This document shows, one piece after another, positions 13,267 through 26,436 of a stretch of DNA of 64,000 nucleotides. Within the stretch, counting starts at the first letter, position 1, and each line of letters starts with the position of its first letter. The translations under genes and the position numbers were made by a program. Source of the stretch: Eledone cirrhosa (taxonomy: Eukaryota); NCBI GenBank assembly GCA_964016885.1, contig CAXHJY010000624.1:1-64000 (forward strand). Direction: 5' to 3'. Below the pieces are notes generated by a model that was given only the letters and a program-made list of their open reading frames with translations, was not told the origin of the DNA and ran no database searches.

Positions 13267-13872
13267 GTGGCTGCGAACTCGTTTTCGAGTACGGCCACTA
13301 CTTTATATCCATGTAGGAGAACCCCTACCGATGTGCTGAACGAGTGTTACTTTTTAATCCAGCCAGCGACTTGAAAACTCTGGTACAAACACTACACTTC
13401 TGACAATTATTGACACATAGTGCTGGGCCCATGGTACCATGTGATGACAAGTGCAGAGAGATCTCCAGATATAAAGCAATGCCTGTGCCGTGAAGCTTTT
13501 ATAGTGAGCAAAGGCACTGCACAAAGCCAGTCCCACTCTCTTAACCAAGATGATATTTACCAAGAAGAAGAACAAGTCAACATCATTGGATACCATCAGG
13601 GTTGCAGGTGTTATATCAGAGTTTTCCTTCTCCTAGAATTCTGCCTTGACAAAGGCTAAGGGGTCATCTCTCCCGGTGATTTTGGATGGCATTGACTCTT
13701 AAGAGCACCTTTGCCCTTTGACAGGTTTTGTTTTTAGTCCTGCAGGATGTCCAAAGTCACCCTCCTCACCAAGAAACCTTGGTGGGGTTGCCAGTTTAGT
13801 CGCCAACGACCCGACCATGAGACAGGTTGTACTGGGATACATGTTACCAGTAGCACCAACTGGTGACCTGAC
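13267..13872 (-). mobile_element. ~600 bp non-autonomous RTE-like retroelement, copy 1
   Basis: Near-identical second copy at 27905-28638; minus strand contains CTAGGAGAAGGAAAACTCTGA, resembling RTE 5' UTR sequence; related 3'-end fragment at 13109-13142; flanked by TA/TACA repeats. Confidence 0.65.
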
Positions 13873-13982
13873 ATATATACATACATACATACATACATAT
13901 ATATAGATACATACATAAATACATATACATACATACATATAGATACATACATACATATATATAGATACATACATATATATAG

Positions 13983-14025
<43 letters not shown>

Positions 14026-14223
14026 CATACATATAGATAGATACATACATACATATATATAGATACATACATACATACATACATATATATAGATACATAC
14101 ATACATATATATAGATACATATATATATATATACATACATATATATAGATACATACATACATACATATATATATATAGATACATACATACATATATATAG
14201 ATACATACATACATATATATATA

Positions 14224-14394
14224 TGAGGGCAATCCCAAAAGTAATCCTTCCGATATTGCAAATTTTCCGTTAAAATCCTGTGGATGGTGCTTCGGGAAAC
14301 CTCAGGAACCAAATGCAGAGAACATCCAGAGTGATCTACCGATCTTTACACATGTTTTCCTCGGAAGGAGACCTTACTTTTGGGATTACCCTCG
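14224..14394 (-). mobile_element. Internally deleted mariner transposon
   Basis: TA-flanked TIRs TGAGGGCAATCCCAAAAGTAA / TTACTTTTGGGATTACCCTCG; internal minus-strand [37 protein letters not shown] matches the mariner second HTH preceding the WVP motif. Confidence 0.85.
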
Positions 14395-14739
14395 TACATA
14401 CATATATAGATATACATATATATATAATATACATATGCATATACAACACATGCATATATACATATATATATACATACAACACATACATATATACATATAT
14501 ATATATATACATACAACACATGCATATATACATATATATATACATACAACACATACATATATATATACATACAACACATGCATATATACATATATATATA
14601 TATACATACACCACATACATATATACAACATACATATACATACAACACATGCATATATACATATATATATACATACAACACATACATATATACATATATA
14701 TATACATACAACACATACATATATATATATACATACAAC

Positions 14740-14770
<31 letters not shown>

Positions 14771-14994
14771 CATACAACACATACATATATATATATATAT
14801 ATACATACATACAACACATACACACATATATATATACATACATACAACACATATACATACATACACACACATACTTACATACACACACACGTACACATAT
14901 ATATATATACATACAACACATACATACATATATATACCACACATACTTACACACACACACACACACACACACATTATCTATGTTTATTATATTG

Positions 14995-15072
14995 CCTTGT
15001 CCGACGAACGAATGAGGACGTTTCTTTCGTATTCGTCTTATTCGGGAAACCTCTGGTAATGAGGTAATTATA
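14995..15072 (+). ncRNA. Degenerate hammerhead-like motif
   Basis: CCGACGA (one change from CTGACGA), stem II CGAATGAGGACG/CGTCTTATTCG, GAAA 15046-15049, perfect stem III ACCTC/GAGGT then A; stem I does not pair. Confidence 0.45.
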
Positions 15073-15173
15073 TTGTATTGTTTATTATACATTAAATTTT
15101 GCTCTGGTACTTACATAGAGCACTCTTCACGCCTATGACTTTTTCAATTTTCAACGGAAACTTCAATACCTAC

Positions 15174-15209
<36 letters not shown>

Positions 15210-15333
15210 ATTTCTAAATATTTTAATGTTGTATTGATTTATTAGAAAATAATTTCAATTTTCCACTCAAGTAATGTCTTTTAATCACGATTCCTTTCTC
15301 GGCTAAAAATAATTATTTTTGTCTAACATAAAA

Positions 15334-15498
15334 TAATTGTTTCTATTTTTGGCACAAGGCCAGCAAATAACCCAGTGCATTACTGGTACTTTATTTTATC
15401 GACCCCGTAAGGATGAAAGGCAAAGTTAACCTCAGAATGACAAGGGCCGTAACTCTATGCGTTAAAGCATGGCGTCGGAGCCTCTACCGATACTGGAG
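15334..15498 (-). mobile_element. tRNA-derived SINE, internally deleted
   Basis: Reverse complement of the family at 2929-3313; B-box region disrupted. Confidence 0.8.
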
Positions 15499-15734
15499 GA
15501 TTTAATCCAATTCTTGACTCAAGTTTATGACTCCATAAAGAATTACACTTGAAATACATTTAAACTGGGGCTCCCTCTTGTTTTGTTTTTTTAGGGTTGT
15601 GGTGGGGGGCAGTTATCTCTCTCTCTCTCTCTCTCTCTTCATCATGAGTCTACGTGTCTACCATTCTCTCATTTGCAACCTATCTATTTCACTGTCTGTC
15701 TATATATATATATATATATTTCACTGTCTGTCTG

Positions 15735-15778
<44 letters not shown>

Positions 15779-15791
15779 CACTGTCTTTCCG

Positions 15792-15826
<35 letters not shown>

Positions 15827-16373
15827 CATTCTCTTGTCCTCCACTCTCCCTGTCTCTTTCCTCTTTCTATGACTCTTTTAATATCTTTTTCTCCCCCTCT
15901 CTCTCATTCTCTTGATCCCTTTCTACCCCTCCCTCTCTCATGGGTATTTAACGGTTTTAGTACACTGCTGCAATTTAACAATTGGAACAGATTGCGGTTC
16001 TTGGATGTGGTCACGTGGTAACCCTGTTAGAAAACAGTAAAAAAATGTGTTATATTGTGTGAGGGAGAGGAGGAGGGGTTGATAATGGCAATGTTGGGCT
16101 GGTGGGATACAGTACGGACTAAGACGGTCGGTTGGGAGAGAGAAAAGAAAAGAGGAAAGAGAGAGAGGGAAAAGAAAGAGGAAAAGAGAGGAAAAGAAAG
16201 AGAAAAGAAAGAGGTAGAGAGAGGAAAAGAAAGAAGTAAAGAGAGCGAAATAGAGAGAAAGAAAAAGGGAGAGAGAAGAAAAGAAAACAACGAGAGAGAG
16301 ACGAGAGAGAGAGGGGGGTACAAAGAGAGAGAGAGGGGGGGGGGGCAGAAAGAGGGGGACAGAGAGGGGGACA

Positions 16374-16405
<32 letters not shown>

Positions 16406-16729
16406 CAGAGAGAGAGAGGGAGAGAGAGAGGGAGAGAGAGAGGGAGAGAGGGAGAGGGGGACAGAGAGAGGGGGACAGAGAGAGGGAGAGACAAAGAGAG
16501 CGAGCGAGAGAGGGACAGAGGGAGAGGGACAGAGACAGAGAGGGACAGAGGGAGAGAGAGAGGGAGAGAGGGAGAGAGAGAGGGAGAGAGGGAGAGAGAG
16601 AGAGAGAGAGAGAGACAGGGAGAGAGAGAGAGACATTAAATTATAAAATGATAAAAAGATATTTTTAATGGAAAATTGTCTCAGAATTAATTTTGTTGGT
16701 GTCAGACTTAATGTTTCCTGGTTTAACAT

Positions 16730-17937
16730 CACGTCAACACCGTCAACACCGTCATCGCTGTCAACACCGTCAACACCGTCATGGCCGTCAACACCGTCAA
16801 CACCGTCATCGCTGTCAACACCGTCAACACCGTCATGGCCGTCAACACCGTCATCACCGTCATGGCCGTCAACACCGTCATCACCGTCATGGCCGTCAAC
16901 ACCGTCATCACCGTCATGGCCGTCAACACCGTCACCACTGTCATGGCCGTCATCGTTGTCGTCATCACAGTTATCGCTGTTATCATCATCGTCGTCGTCG
17001 TCGTCGTCGTTTTCATCATTGTCGTCACCGTCATCACCATTTTCGTCAACATCATTGTCGTCGTCACACTGCCATTGCTATTGTCGTCATCATCGTCATC
17101 GTCATCATCATCATCGTCGTCATTATCCTTATTACCGTCAATATCAGTATGATTCTCATCATCATCATCACCACCACCAGCATCATCATCTCCACTACCA
17201 TCACCACCACTACCCCCATCATCATCACCACCACCACCATCACCACCACCAGCATCATCATCTCCACTACCATCACCACCACTACCCCCATCATCATCAT
17301 CACCACCACCACCACCATCACCACCACCAGCATCATCATCTTCACTACCATCACCACCATCATCATCTTCACTACCATCACCACCACTACCCCCATCATC
17401 ATCACCACCACCACCATCACCACCACCAGCATCATCATCTCCACTACCATCACCACCACTACCCCCATCATCATCACCACCACCACCATCACCACCACCA
17501 GCATCATCATCTTCACTACCATCACCACCACTACCCCCATCATCACCACCACCACCACCATCACCACCACCAGCATCATCATCTTCACTACCATCACCAC
17601 CACTACCCCCATCATCATCACCACCATCACCATCATCTTCACTACCATCACCACCACTACCCTCATCATCATCACCACCACCACCATCACCACCACCACC
17701 ATCACCACCCCCATCATCATCACCACCACCACCACCACTACCATCACCACCCCCACCACCACCACCATTATCTTCACTACCATCACCACCATCATCATCA
17801 TCTCCACTACCATCACCACCACTACCCCCACCATCACCATCACCACTATCACCACCACCACCAGCATCATCATCTTCACTACCATCACCACCATCATCAT
17901 CATCTTCACTACCATCACCACCACTACCCCCACCATC

Positions 17938-17971
<34 letters not shown>

Positions 17972-17975
17972 CCAT
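16730..17975. repeat. 9-bp CCGTCAACA-type minisatellite followed by compound (CAC/CAT)n higher-order repeat
   Basis: Directly visible; several frames on both strands are open because of triplet composition. Confidence 0.9.
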
Positions 17976-18059
17976 TCGACTGCACTAGCCGACGGTCACA
18001 ATCCCCGTTTCACCCATTTGAACCTTTCAAAATCAGTTGTGGTTCCATGGTTGAATGAT

Positions 18060-18185
18060 TAGCCCCGGTGGACATCGGCGGGATTTGAAAGTCCCTCGGC
18101 GGAATGTGCACTCAGAACGCAAAGTACCGTATCACAGCTTGCAAGATATCCTATTCGACGCTCTAACAATTACGCTAATCCACCT
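18060..18185 (-). mobile_element. Degenerate SINE head
   Basis: CGGCGGGATTTGAA (B box, reverse complement) and GACGCTCTAACAATTACGCTAATCCACC (A-box region, reverse complement). Confidence 0.55.
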
Positions 18186-18229
18186 CAATAGACTAATAAT
18201 TTATTTTATTGACTACATTAAAAATATCC

Positions 18230-20095
18230 CAACTTTAGTAATGAAATAATTCATAATTTTAGTGAATCCCTAAAAATTAATTTTGATGCCATCCAGGCCA
18301 AAACTAGCTCTGGGTTCTAAGAAGCGAAGCCCTTCCCTTCTAAAAAAGAACCATATGTTATGCTACTACTTTAGAATTGAAAAAGTAATTTTAGTAAATC
18401 CCTAAAAAAAATATAAATTAACTATTTTCATTTGATGCCATCCAGGCCAAAACTATCTCTGGGTTCTAGGAAACAAAACCCTTCTATTCTAAAGAAGAAC
18501 CTTATGTTAAGTTACTATTTTAGTCATGAAATAATTATTAATTAACTATTTTCATTTGATGCCATCCAGGCCAAAACTATCTCTGGGTTCTAGGAAACAA
18601 AACCCTTCTATTCTAAAGAAGAACCTTATGTTAAGTTACTATTTTAGTCATGAAATAATTATTAATTAACTATTTTTATTTGATGCCATCCAGACCAAAA
18701 CTATCTCTGGGTTCTAGGAAACAAAACCCTTCTATTCTAAAGAAGAACCTTATGTTAAGTTACTATTTTAGTCATGAAATAATTATTAATTAACTATTTT
18801 CATTTGATGCCATCCAGGCCAAAACTAACTGTGGGTTCTTGGAAACGAAAGCTCTGGTTTAAAAAAAAGAACCATAAGTTAAGTTACTACTTTAGTAATG
18901 AAATAATTGATCATTTTAGTGAATCCCTAAAATTTATTAATTAATCATTTTGATTTGAGGCCAAAACTAGCTCTGGGTTCTAGGAAACAAAACCCCTCGT
19001 TTAAAAAAAAAAAAAAAAAAGAACCCTTTGTTAAGTTACTACTTTAGTAATGAAATAATTAATAATTTTAGTGAATCCCTAAAATTTATTAATTAACCAT
19101 TTAGATGCTATCCGGATCAAAACTAGCTCTGGGTTCTAAGAAGCGAAACCCCTCCCTTCTAAAGCACAACATATGTTATGCTACTACTTTAGTAATGAAA
19201 TAATAATTTTAGTAAATCCCTAAAAAAATATAAATTAACTATTTGGATTTGATGCCATCCAGATCAAAACTAGCTGAAGGTTCTCGGAAACAAAACTCCC
19301 CGTTTAAAAAAAAAAAAGAACCCTATGTTAAGTTACTACTTTAGTCATGAAATAATTACTAATTTTAGTGAATCTCTAAAATGTATTAATTAACCATTTA
19401 GATACCATCCAGGCCAAATCTAGCTCTGGGTTCTAGGAAACATAAACCCTTCCATTCTAAAGAAGAACCCTATGTTAAGTTTAGTAATGAAATAATTACT
19501 AATTTTAGTAAATTCCTAAAATCTATTAATTAATCATTTTGATTTGATGCCATCCAGGCCAAAACTAGCTCTGGGTTCTAGGAAACAAAATCCTACCATT
19601 CTAAAGAAGAACCATATGTTAAGTTACTACTTTAGTAATGAACTAGTTTTAGTAAATCAATAAAAATTCTTAACCATTTTGATATCTCCCAATATAATTT
19701 TATAGAAGATCAATATGTTAAATTACTACTTTAGTAATGAAATATTGGTAAATCTAAAAATCTTGGTAAATCACTTACAATTCTTAACTAATCAATTCTA
19801 TATCATGCAGGCCAAAACTAGTTCTGGTTCTATAAAACAAAACAAACTATTTAAAAGGGTTCCTTTTTCAATTAAAATCTAACAATTTTATAAACGAACC
19901 ATATCTTAGTAATGAAATAATTTATATTTAAGTACATCGCTCAATTTTTAGCCCATTTTATACATAACAGGACAAACCAACTATTTAAAAGGGTTCGTAT
20001 TTCAATTAAAATCGTCTACCATAAATTCATATAAGAACCATATGTTACATTGCTATCTTAGTAATAAAATAATTTATAATCTTAGTAAACCTCAG
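18230..20095. repeat. AT-rich satellite, ~124-145 bp unit, about a dozen copies with degenerate ends
   Basis: TGATGCCATCC recurs at 18433, 18557, 18681 and 18805 (124 bp period); AAAACTAGCTCTGGGTTCTA core throughout. Confidence 0.9.
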
Positions 20096-20315
20096 AATTG
20101 TTCCTTAATTATTTGACATAGCGTATGTTTCGTTAAAAATATGGCCAGGAAAGTGTTAAGAAAATGGTAAATATGTAAATATTTCCACAGTCATTAATAA
20201 AACAAATGATATTGATGAAGCGGAAAAATTGTGTGGAAATATCAAAGGTTTATCTTGTCTGGTTTAACCAGTAATATACTGACACGTGTGTATAATATTG
20301 CACACACACAGAGAG

Positions 20316-20384
<69 letters not shown>

Positions 20385-20469
20385 AACTCTTTTCCTACTA
20401 TGTCAAGCGTTAAACTAATATATCAGTGTACTGTATCGTTTTACCGTGTTGTTTTTCCTTGTTGACTTT

Positions 20470-20500
<31 letters not shown>

Positions 20501-20504
<4 letters not shown>

Positions 20505-20675
20505 AAAAGAGTCAGGACCCCGACGGCTGAGCTCCGGTCGTTTCGACAGCTAGATCCGAATGTTCGGAACTAGCTGTTGAAAGACTCTTTTCCTATTACC
20601 CACTCTATCACCCTAAGTATCGAGTACTCTGGTGCGTTATGGTCCAGCTGGTTTCTTACCACACTTTCTTTGTTT
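20501..20675 (+). mobile_element. Fold-back mini-element, GGACCCC family (CAGCTAGATCCGA subfamily), right arm partly deleted
   Basis: TAGGAAAAGAGTC...GACTCTTTTCCTA termini plus shared tail; segment between GAAA and GACTC is missing. Confidence 0.8.
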
Positions 20676-20811
20676 TATATAATATATATACACACACACA
20701 CTCACACAATATATTGTACCGATTGTGTTGTTATTTCTTTTATATATATATATAAGAATGAAAAAGTTCTAGTACCTTACTGTGGTTACCCCCGATTGAA
20801 CCCGGGATATA

Positions 20812-20849
<38 letters not shown>

Positions 20850-20855
<6 letters not shown>

Positions 20856-21240
20856 AAGTTATATTTAAAATTGTTGGGTTACAACTAGTAAATATTTATA
20901 ACTGATATAAAAGCACTCGACAAATATTTGGAGTATATTTACAATATTAAATAAATGGAAAACTATATTTATAAAACCATATTTATTTCATTATATATAT
21001 TTCGGGGATATCATATTAACAATATGCTATGCCTTCATCAGACAAAATACAATACTGCTAGAGTAAACCTCTTCAAATGAAGTTGATGTTTATTACGGTA
21101 TGTCGAATATATTTATCTATAAAACTGTTTATATTGTATTTTGTCTGATGAAGGCATACCATATTGTTAATATGATATCCCCGAAATATATATAATGAAA
21201 TAAATATGGTTTTATAAATATAGTTTTCCATTTATTTAAT

Positions 21241-21246
<6 letters not shown>
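20850..21246. mobile_element. PLE-derived element with 115 bp inverted repeats, each containing a hammerhead
   Basis: Arms 20940-21054 and 21132-21246, 77 bp spacer; hammerheads at 20984-21049 (-) and 21137-21202 (+); flanked by (TA)n. Confidence 0.85.
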
Positions 21247-21309
<63 letters not shown>

Positions 21310-21310
21310 G

Positions 21311-21460
21311 TAGAACACTGGAAGGTAATATCCGTAGTGGTAGAGAATTCAGTCCATGGGACGAATTGGTAGAAGTAGTAACACAACAGTTAGTTCACCA
21401 TACCGAGCACAATTGTTTGAAAACAATTGTTCTCGGTATGGTGAACTAAATGTGTTACCA
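21311..21460 (-). mobile_element. Fold-back mini-element family C
   Basis: Palindrome 21378-21458 centred on GAAAACAATTGTTC; tail shared with 5414-5512. Confidence 0.75.
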
Positions 21461-21636
21461 CTTATAAATATATATAACTGTGAAACTTAACCGGTGGGTT
21501 GAGAGGCTGAAGCTTCATGCCAAAAGACGATTTTCAAACCAGTTTCAAAAGACTTTCAAACAAGTGGTCTTAGGCAAGAATCACCTGGCTCTGGTCTCAC
21601 ACATATATCACTGAAATGTATTGAATATATATATAA

Positions 21637-21836
21637 CAAAGAAAGCGAGGTAAGGAACCAGGTGGACCATAACGCACCAGAGTACTCGATACTTAGGGTA
21701 GTAGAGTGGGTAATAGGAAAAGAGTGACGACCCCGAAGGCTGAGCTCCGGCCGTTTCGACAGCTAGATCCGATCTATCTGCGTTCGGATCTAGCTGTCGA
21801 AAGGGCCGGAGCTCAGCCGTCGGGGTCCTCACTCTT

Positions 21837-21838
<2 letters not shown>
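21637..21838 (-). mobile_element. Fold-back mini-element, GGACCCC family
   Basis: GACCCCGAAGGCTGAGCTCCGGCCGTTTCGACAGCTAGATCCGA / TCGGATCTAGCTGTCGAAAGGGCCGGAGCTCAGCCGTCGGGGTC plus tail. Confidence 0.85.
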
Positions 21839-21877
<39 letters not shown>

Positions 21878-21878
21878 T

Positions 21879-22049
21879 TGGGAGCCCCTACATGGACACA
21901 CTAGAAGAGGAAGACCAAGGTTAACGTATGTTGATGCCCTAAGGACAAACACTGGTCTGTTGGAGACGCAGGACAAGGCAGCGATAATGAGGGACAGAGA
22001 CCGCTGGAGAGAACTCGTCCATGGATCTCGGGAATTTTACCCGCCTTAG
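21879..22049 (+). mobile_element. 5'-truncated RTE-clade LINE, ORF C-terminus
   Basis: Open frame WEPLHGHTRRGRPRLTYVDALRTNTGLLETQDKAAIMRDRDRWRELVHGSREFYPP* with the RGRP...D and DR..WR..V motifs typical of RTE C-termini. Confidence 0.85.
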
Positions 22050-22068
22050 AATAGAAATATATATATAT

Positions 22069-22114
<46 letters not shown>

Positions 22115-22260
22115 ATTGAGCATATGCATATATGAGAGAGAGAGAGACATTGAGCATATATGAGAGAGAGAAAGCGATATAGAGAATGTTTGATAAACTA
22201 GGCACACACATACACCTATATATATATAGTTTGAATAACTATATGTTGTAGTTGATTGAT

Positions 22261-22298
<38 letters not shown>

Positions 22299-23019
22299 TG
22301 TTGTTGTTGCTAGTAACCGAGATTATTTTTACTTTTATTCTTACAGCACAGCATTCCATCCTCCGCCCCTATATTTTCTTTTTTCATTTTTCATTTTGAA
22401 CCGTTATTCTCCCCGTTTCTCGTTATGTTCGCTCATAAATCGGCCATTTTAACAATGTCTCCCATTGTGCTGTTGCAGTGTAGAGGTAAACTGCTTTCAT
22501 TGTACTGCAGGTAACTGCATCTAGCTGGTGCACAATCAACAGCACAACAGCACAACACTAAAACACGAAAACGCCACAGCCATACTTGTAAGAGGAACTA
22601 CGCTGTTCCGGTTTCCCGGCTGGAACACACCAGTGGTCCGTGTTTACGGAACAGTCACGGTTGGTATGTCACAGCAGGTGGGTAAGAGTAGGTGTGTAGA
22701 TGAGTGTGTGTGTGTGGGGGGGGGGGGCTTGTTGGAGACGTGGAATGGAACGGCGGAGTAGTGGAATGGAACGGCGGAGTAGTGGAGTGGAGTGGAAGGG
22801 AGGTGCATTCCACAACATATTTTCTCTTTCAGCCTCACTCACTCTCTCTCTCTCTGTCTCAGTCTCTCTATTTCTCCCCGTCTCTCACTCCCTCTCTCTC
22901 TGTCTGTCTTTCATTCTCCTTCTCTGCCACAGTCTCTCTCTGTCACTCATTCTCGCTCTCTGCCACAGTCTTTCTCTCTGTGTCTCGTTCTTCCTCTGCC
23001 ACACTCTCTCTCTCTCTCT

Positions 23020-24660
23020 CTCTCAATATATCTCTGTCACAATCTCTCTCATTCAATAACTCTCTCGCTCGCTTTCTCTGTCCCAGTCTCTCTCTTTATC
23101 TGTCCCACTCTCTTTCTCACTGTCCCAGCCTCTCTCACTCTCTGCCACAGTCTCTCTCTCTCACTCACTCAATATCTCTCTCATTCAATAACTCTCTCTA
23201 TCGCTTTGTCGCTCTCTTTCTCTGTCCCACTCTCTTTCTCTCTGTCCCAGCCTCTCTCACTCTCTGCCACAGTCTCTCTCTCTCACTCACTCAATATCTC
23301 TCTCATTCAATAACTCTCTCTATCGCTTTGTCGCTCTCTTTCTCTGTCCCACTCTCTTTCTCTCTGTCCCAGCCTCTCTCACTCTCTGCCACAGTCTCTC
23401 TCTCTCACTCACTCAATATCTCTCTCATTCAATAACTCTCTCTATCGCTTTGTCGCTCTCTTTCTCTGTCCCACTCTCTTTCTCTCTGTCCCAGCCTCTC
23501 TCACTCTCTGCCACAGTCTCTCTCTCTCACTCACTCAATATCTCTCTCATTCAATAACTCTCTCTATCGCTTTGTCGCTCTCTTTCTCTGTCCCACTCTC
23601 TTTCTCTCTGTCCCAGCCTCTCTCACTCTCTGCAACAGTCTCTCTCTCTCACTCACTCAATATCTCTCTCATTCAATAACTCTCTCTATCGCTTTGTCGT
23701 TCTCTTTATCTGTCCCACTCTCTTTCTCTCTGTCCCAGCCTCTCTCACTCTCTGCCACAGTCTCTCTCTCTCACTCACTCAATATCTCTCTCATTCAATA
23801 ACTCTCTCTATCGCTTTGTCGCTCTCTTTCTCTGTCCCACTCTCTTTCTCTCTGTCCCAGCCTCTCTCACTCTCTGCCACAGTCTCTCTCTCTCACTCAC
23901 TCAATATCTCTCTCATTCAATAACTCTCTCTATCGCTTTGTCGCTCTCTTTCTCTGTCCCACTCCCTTTCTCTCTGTCCCAGCCTCTCTCACTCTCTGCC
24001 ACAGTCTCTCTCTCTCACTCACTCAATATCTCTCTCATTCAATAACTCTCTCTATCGCTTTGTCGCTCTCTTTCTCTGTCCCACTCTCTTTCTCTCTGTC
24101 CCAGCCTCTCTCACTCTCTGCCACAGTCTCTCTCTCTCTCACTCACTCAATATCTCTCTCATTCAATAACTCTCTCTATCGCTTTGTCGCTCTCTTTCTC
24201 TGTCCCACTCTCTTTCTCTCTGTCCCAGCCTCTCTCACTCTCTGTCACAGTCTCTCTCTCTCACTCACTCAATATCTCTCTCATTCAATAACTCTCTCTA
24301 TCGCTTTGTCGCTCTCTTTCTCTGTCCCACTCTCTTTCTCTCTGTCCCAGCCTCTCTCACTCTCTGCCACAGTCTCTCTCTCTCACTCACTCAATATCTC
24401 TCTCATTCAATAACTCTCTCTATCGCTTTGTCGCTCTCTTTCTCTGTCCCACTCTCTTTCTCTCTGTCCCAGCCTCTCTCACTCTCTGTCACAGTCTCTC
24501 TCTCTCACTCACTCAATATCTCTCTCATTCAATAACTCTCTCTATCGCTTTGTCGCTCTCTTTCTCTGTCCCACTCTCTTTCTCTCTGTCCCAGCCTCTC
24601 TCACTCTCTGTCCCAGCCTCTCTCACTCTCTGTCCCAGCCTCTCTCACTCTCTGTCACAG
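23020..24660. repeat. Homogeneous 122 bp CT-rich minisatellite, ~13 copies
   Basis: AATATCTCTCTCATTCAATAAC at 23171, 23293, 23415 and onward. Confidence 0.95.
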
Positions 24661-24691
24661 TCTCTCTACGTACTATTGCATTTGCCACCAC

Positions 24692-24862
24692 CACTAACAC
24701 TACCATCATAACACTACCACCAACACTACCATCATAACACTACCACCAACACTACCATCATAACACTACCACCAACACTACCATCATAACACTACCACCA
24801 ACACTACCATCATAACACTACCACCAACACTACCATCATAACACTACCACCAACACTACCAA
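24692..24862. repeat. 26 bp tandem repeat ATAACACTACCACCAACACTACCATC
   Basis: Period 26 (24708, 24734, 24760...). Confidence 0.9.
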
Positions 24863-25051
24863 CAACTATAACATTAACAACAGCAACATTCATAACAACA
24901 ACAACAACTGTAAGAGGAAAGGTGAGATAAGAGGCGTTGTGAGAGGAATGACAGGAAGGAAGTAATGAAATATGAATGAATGAAGAGATCGATGAATAGA
25001 AATCACATACACTAAATATATTGAAATATTAGTGTATATATATATTTACCC

Positions 25052-25090
<39 letters not shown>

Positions 25091-25132
25091 ACAATATATA
25101 TATATATATATATATATATACATTTACCCACA

Positions 25133-25163
<31 letters not shown>

Positions 25164-25173
25164 ATATTAATAT

Positions 25174-25205
<32 letters not shown>

Positions 25206-25434
25206 ATATACAATATATTAATATTATATATATATTAATATTATATATATATATATACAATATATTAATATTATATATATATTAATATTATATATATATA
25301 TATACAATATATTAATATTATATATATATTAATATTATATATATATATATTATATATATAATATATATAATATATTAATATTATATATATATAATATTAA
25401 TATATTATATATATATATATATATATACAATATA

Positions 25435-25477
<43 letters not shown>

Positions 25478-25496
25478 ATATACAATATATTAATAT

Positions 25497-25528
<32 letters not shown>

Positions 25529-26039
25529 ATATACAATATATTAATATTATATATATATTAATATTATATATATATATATTATATATATAATATATATAAT
25601 ATATTAATATTATATATATATAATATTAATATATTATATATATATATATATAATATATTAATATTATATATATATATATATATAATATTAATATATTATA
25701 TATATATATATATAATATATTAATATTATATATATATAATATTAATATATTATATATATATATAATATATTAATATTATATATATATATATATATATCTG
25801 TGTGTGTGTGTTTATTTCCATTGGCATTATATATACATCAATACACATATATATAAACACACATATATAGCATCTACATATATCTCTCACTATCACACAC
25901 ACATCACACATCACACATATATATATATACACACATATATAGCATCTACATATATCTCTCACTATGACACACACACACACACATCACACATATATATATA
26001 CACACACATATATAGCATCTACATATATCTCTCACTATG

Positions 26040-26072
<33 letters not shown>

Positions 26073-26112
26073 CATATGAGAGAGAGTAAGCTACATTTTG
26101 TGTTTGTGTATG

Positions 26113-26149
<37 letters not shown>

Positions 26150-26397
26150 AAGCATGTATGTGTGTTGTGTGTACAATGAAGGGCCAGATTAATATTATGG
26201 GGGTAGCTTTAAATATCCGGTTGTATATAAAACCTTCTACAAGCCATTTGAACAATGGCTGCCAACCCACCTACTTCCTGCTACTACATAAATACATATA
26301 CCTCCACACACACATACACTATATATATATATATATATACCTATATACACATATACTATGTATATATATATATATATATATATACCTATACACACAC

Positions 26398-26436
<39 letters not shown>

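Noticed and set aside
13354-13659. Duplicated 72-80 aa ORFs (also 27992-28297)
   Set aside because: Lie within a repeated non-autonomous element; no recognisable domain
15041-15053. 13 nt match TTCGGGAAACCTC to the mariner fragment at 14291
   Set aside because: Similarity does not extend; treated as chance
16668-18062. His-rich or Gly/Asp-rich protein ORFs
   Set aside because: Triplet repeat is open in several frames on both strands; no signal peptide or splice support
22455-22660. Two hairpins as pre-miRNAs
   Set aside because: Stems are short with large internal loops and I recognise no conserved mature miRNA; the region remains an unexplained unique island
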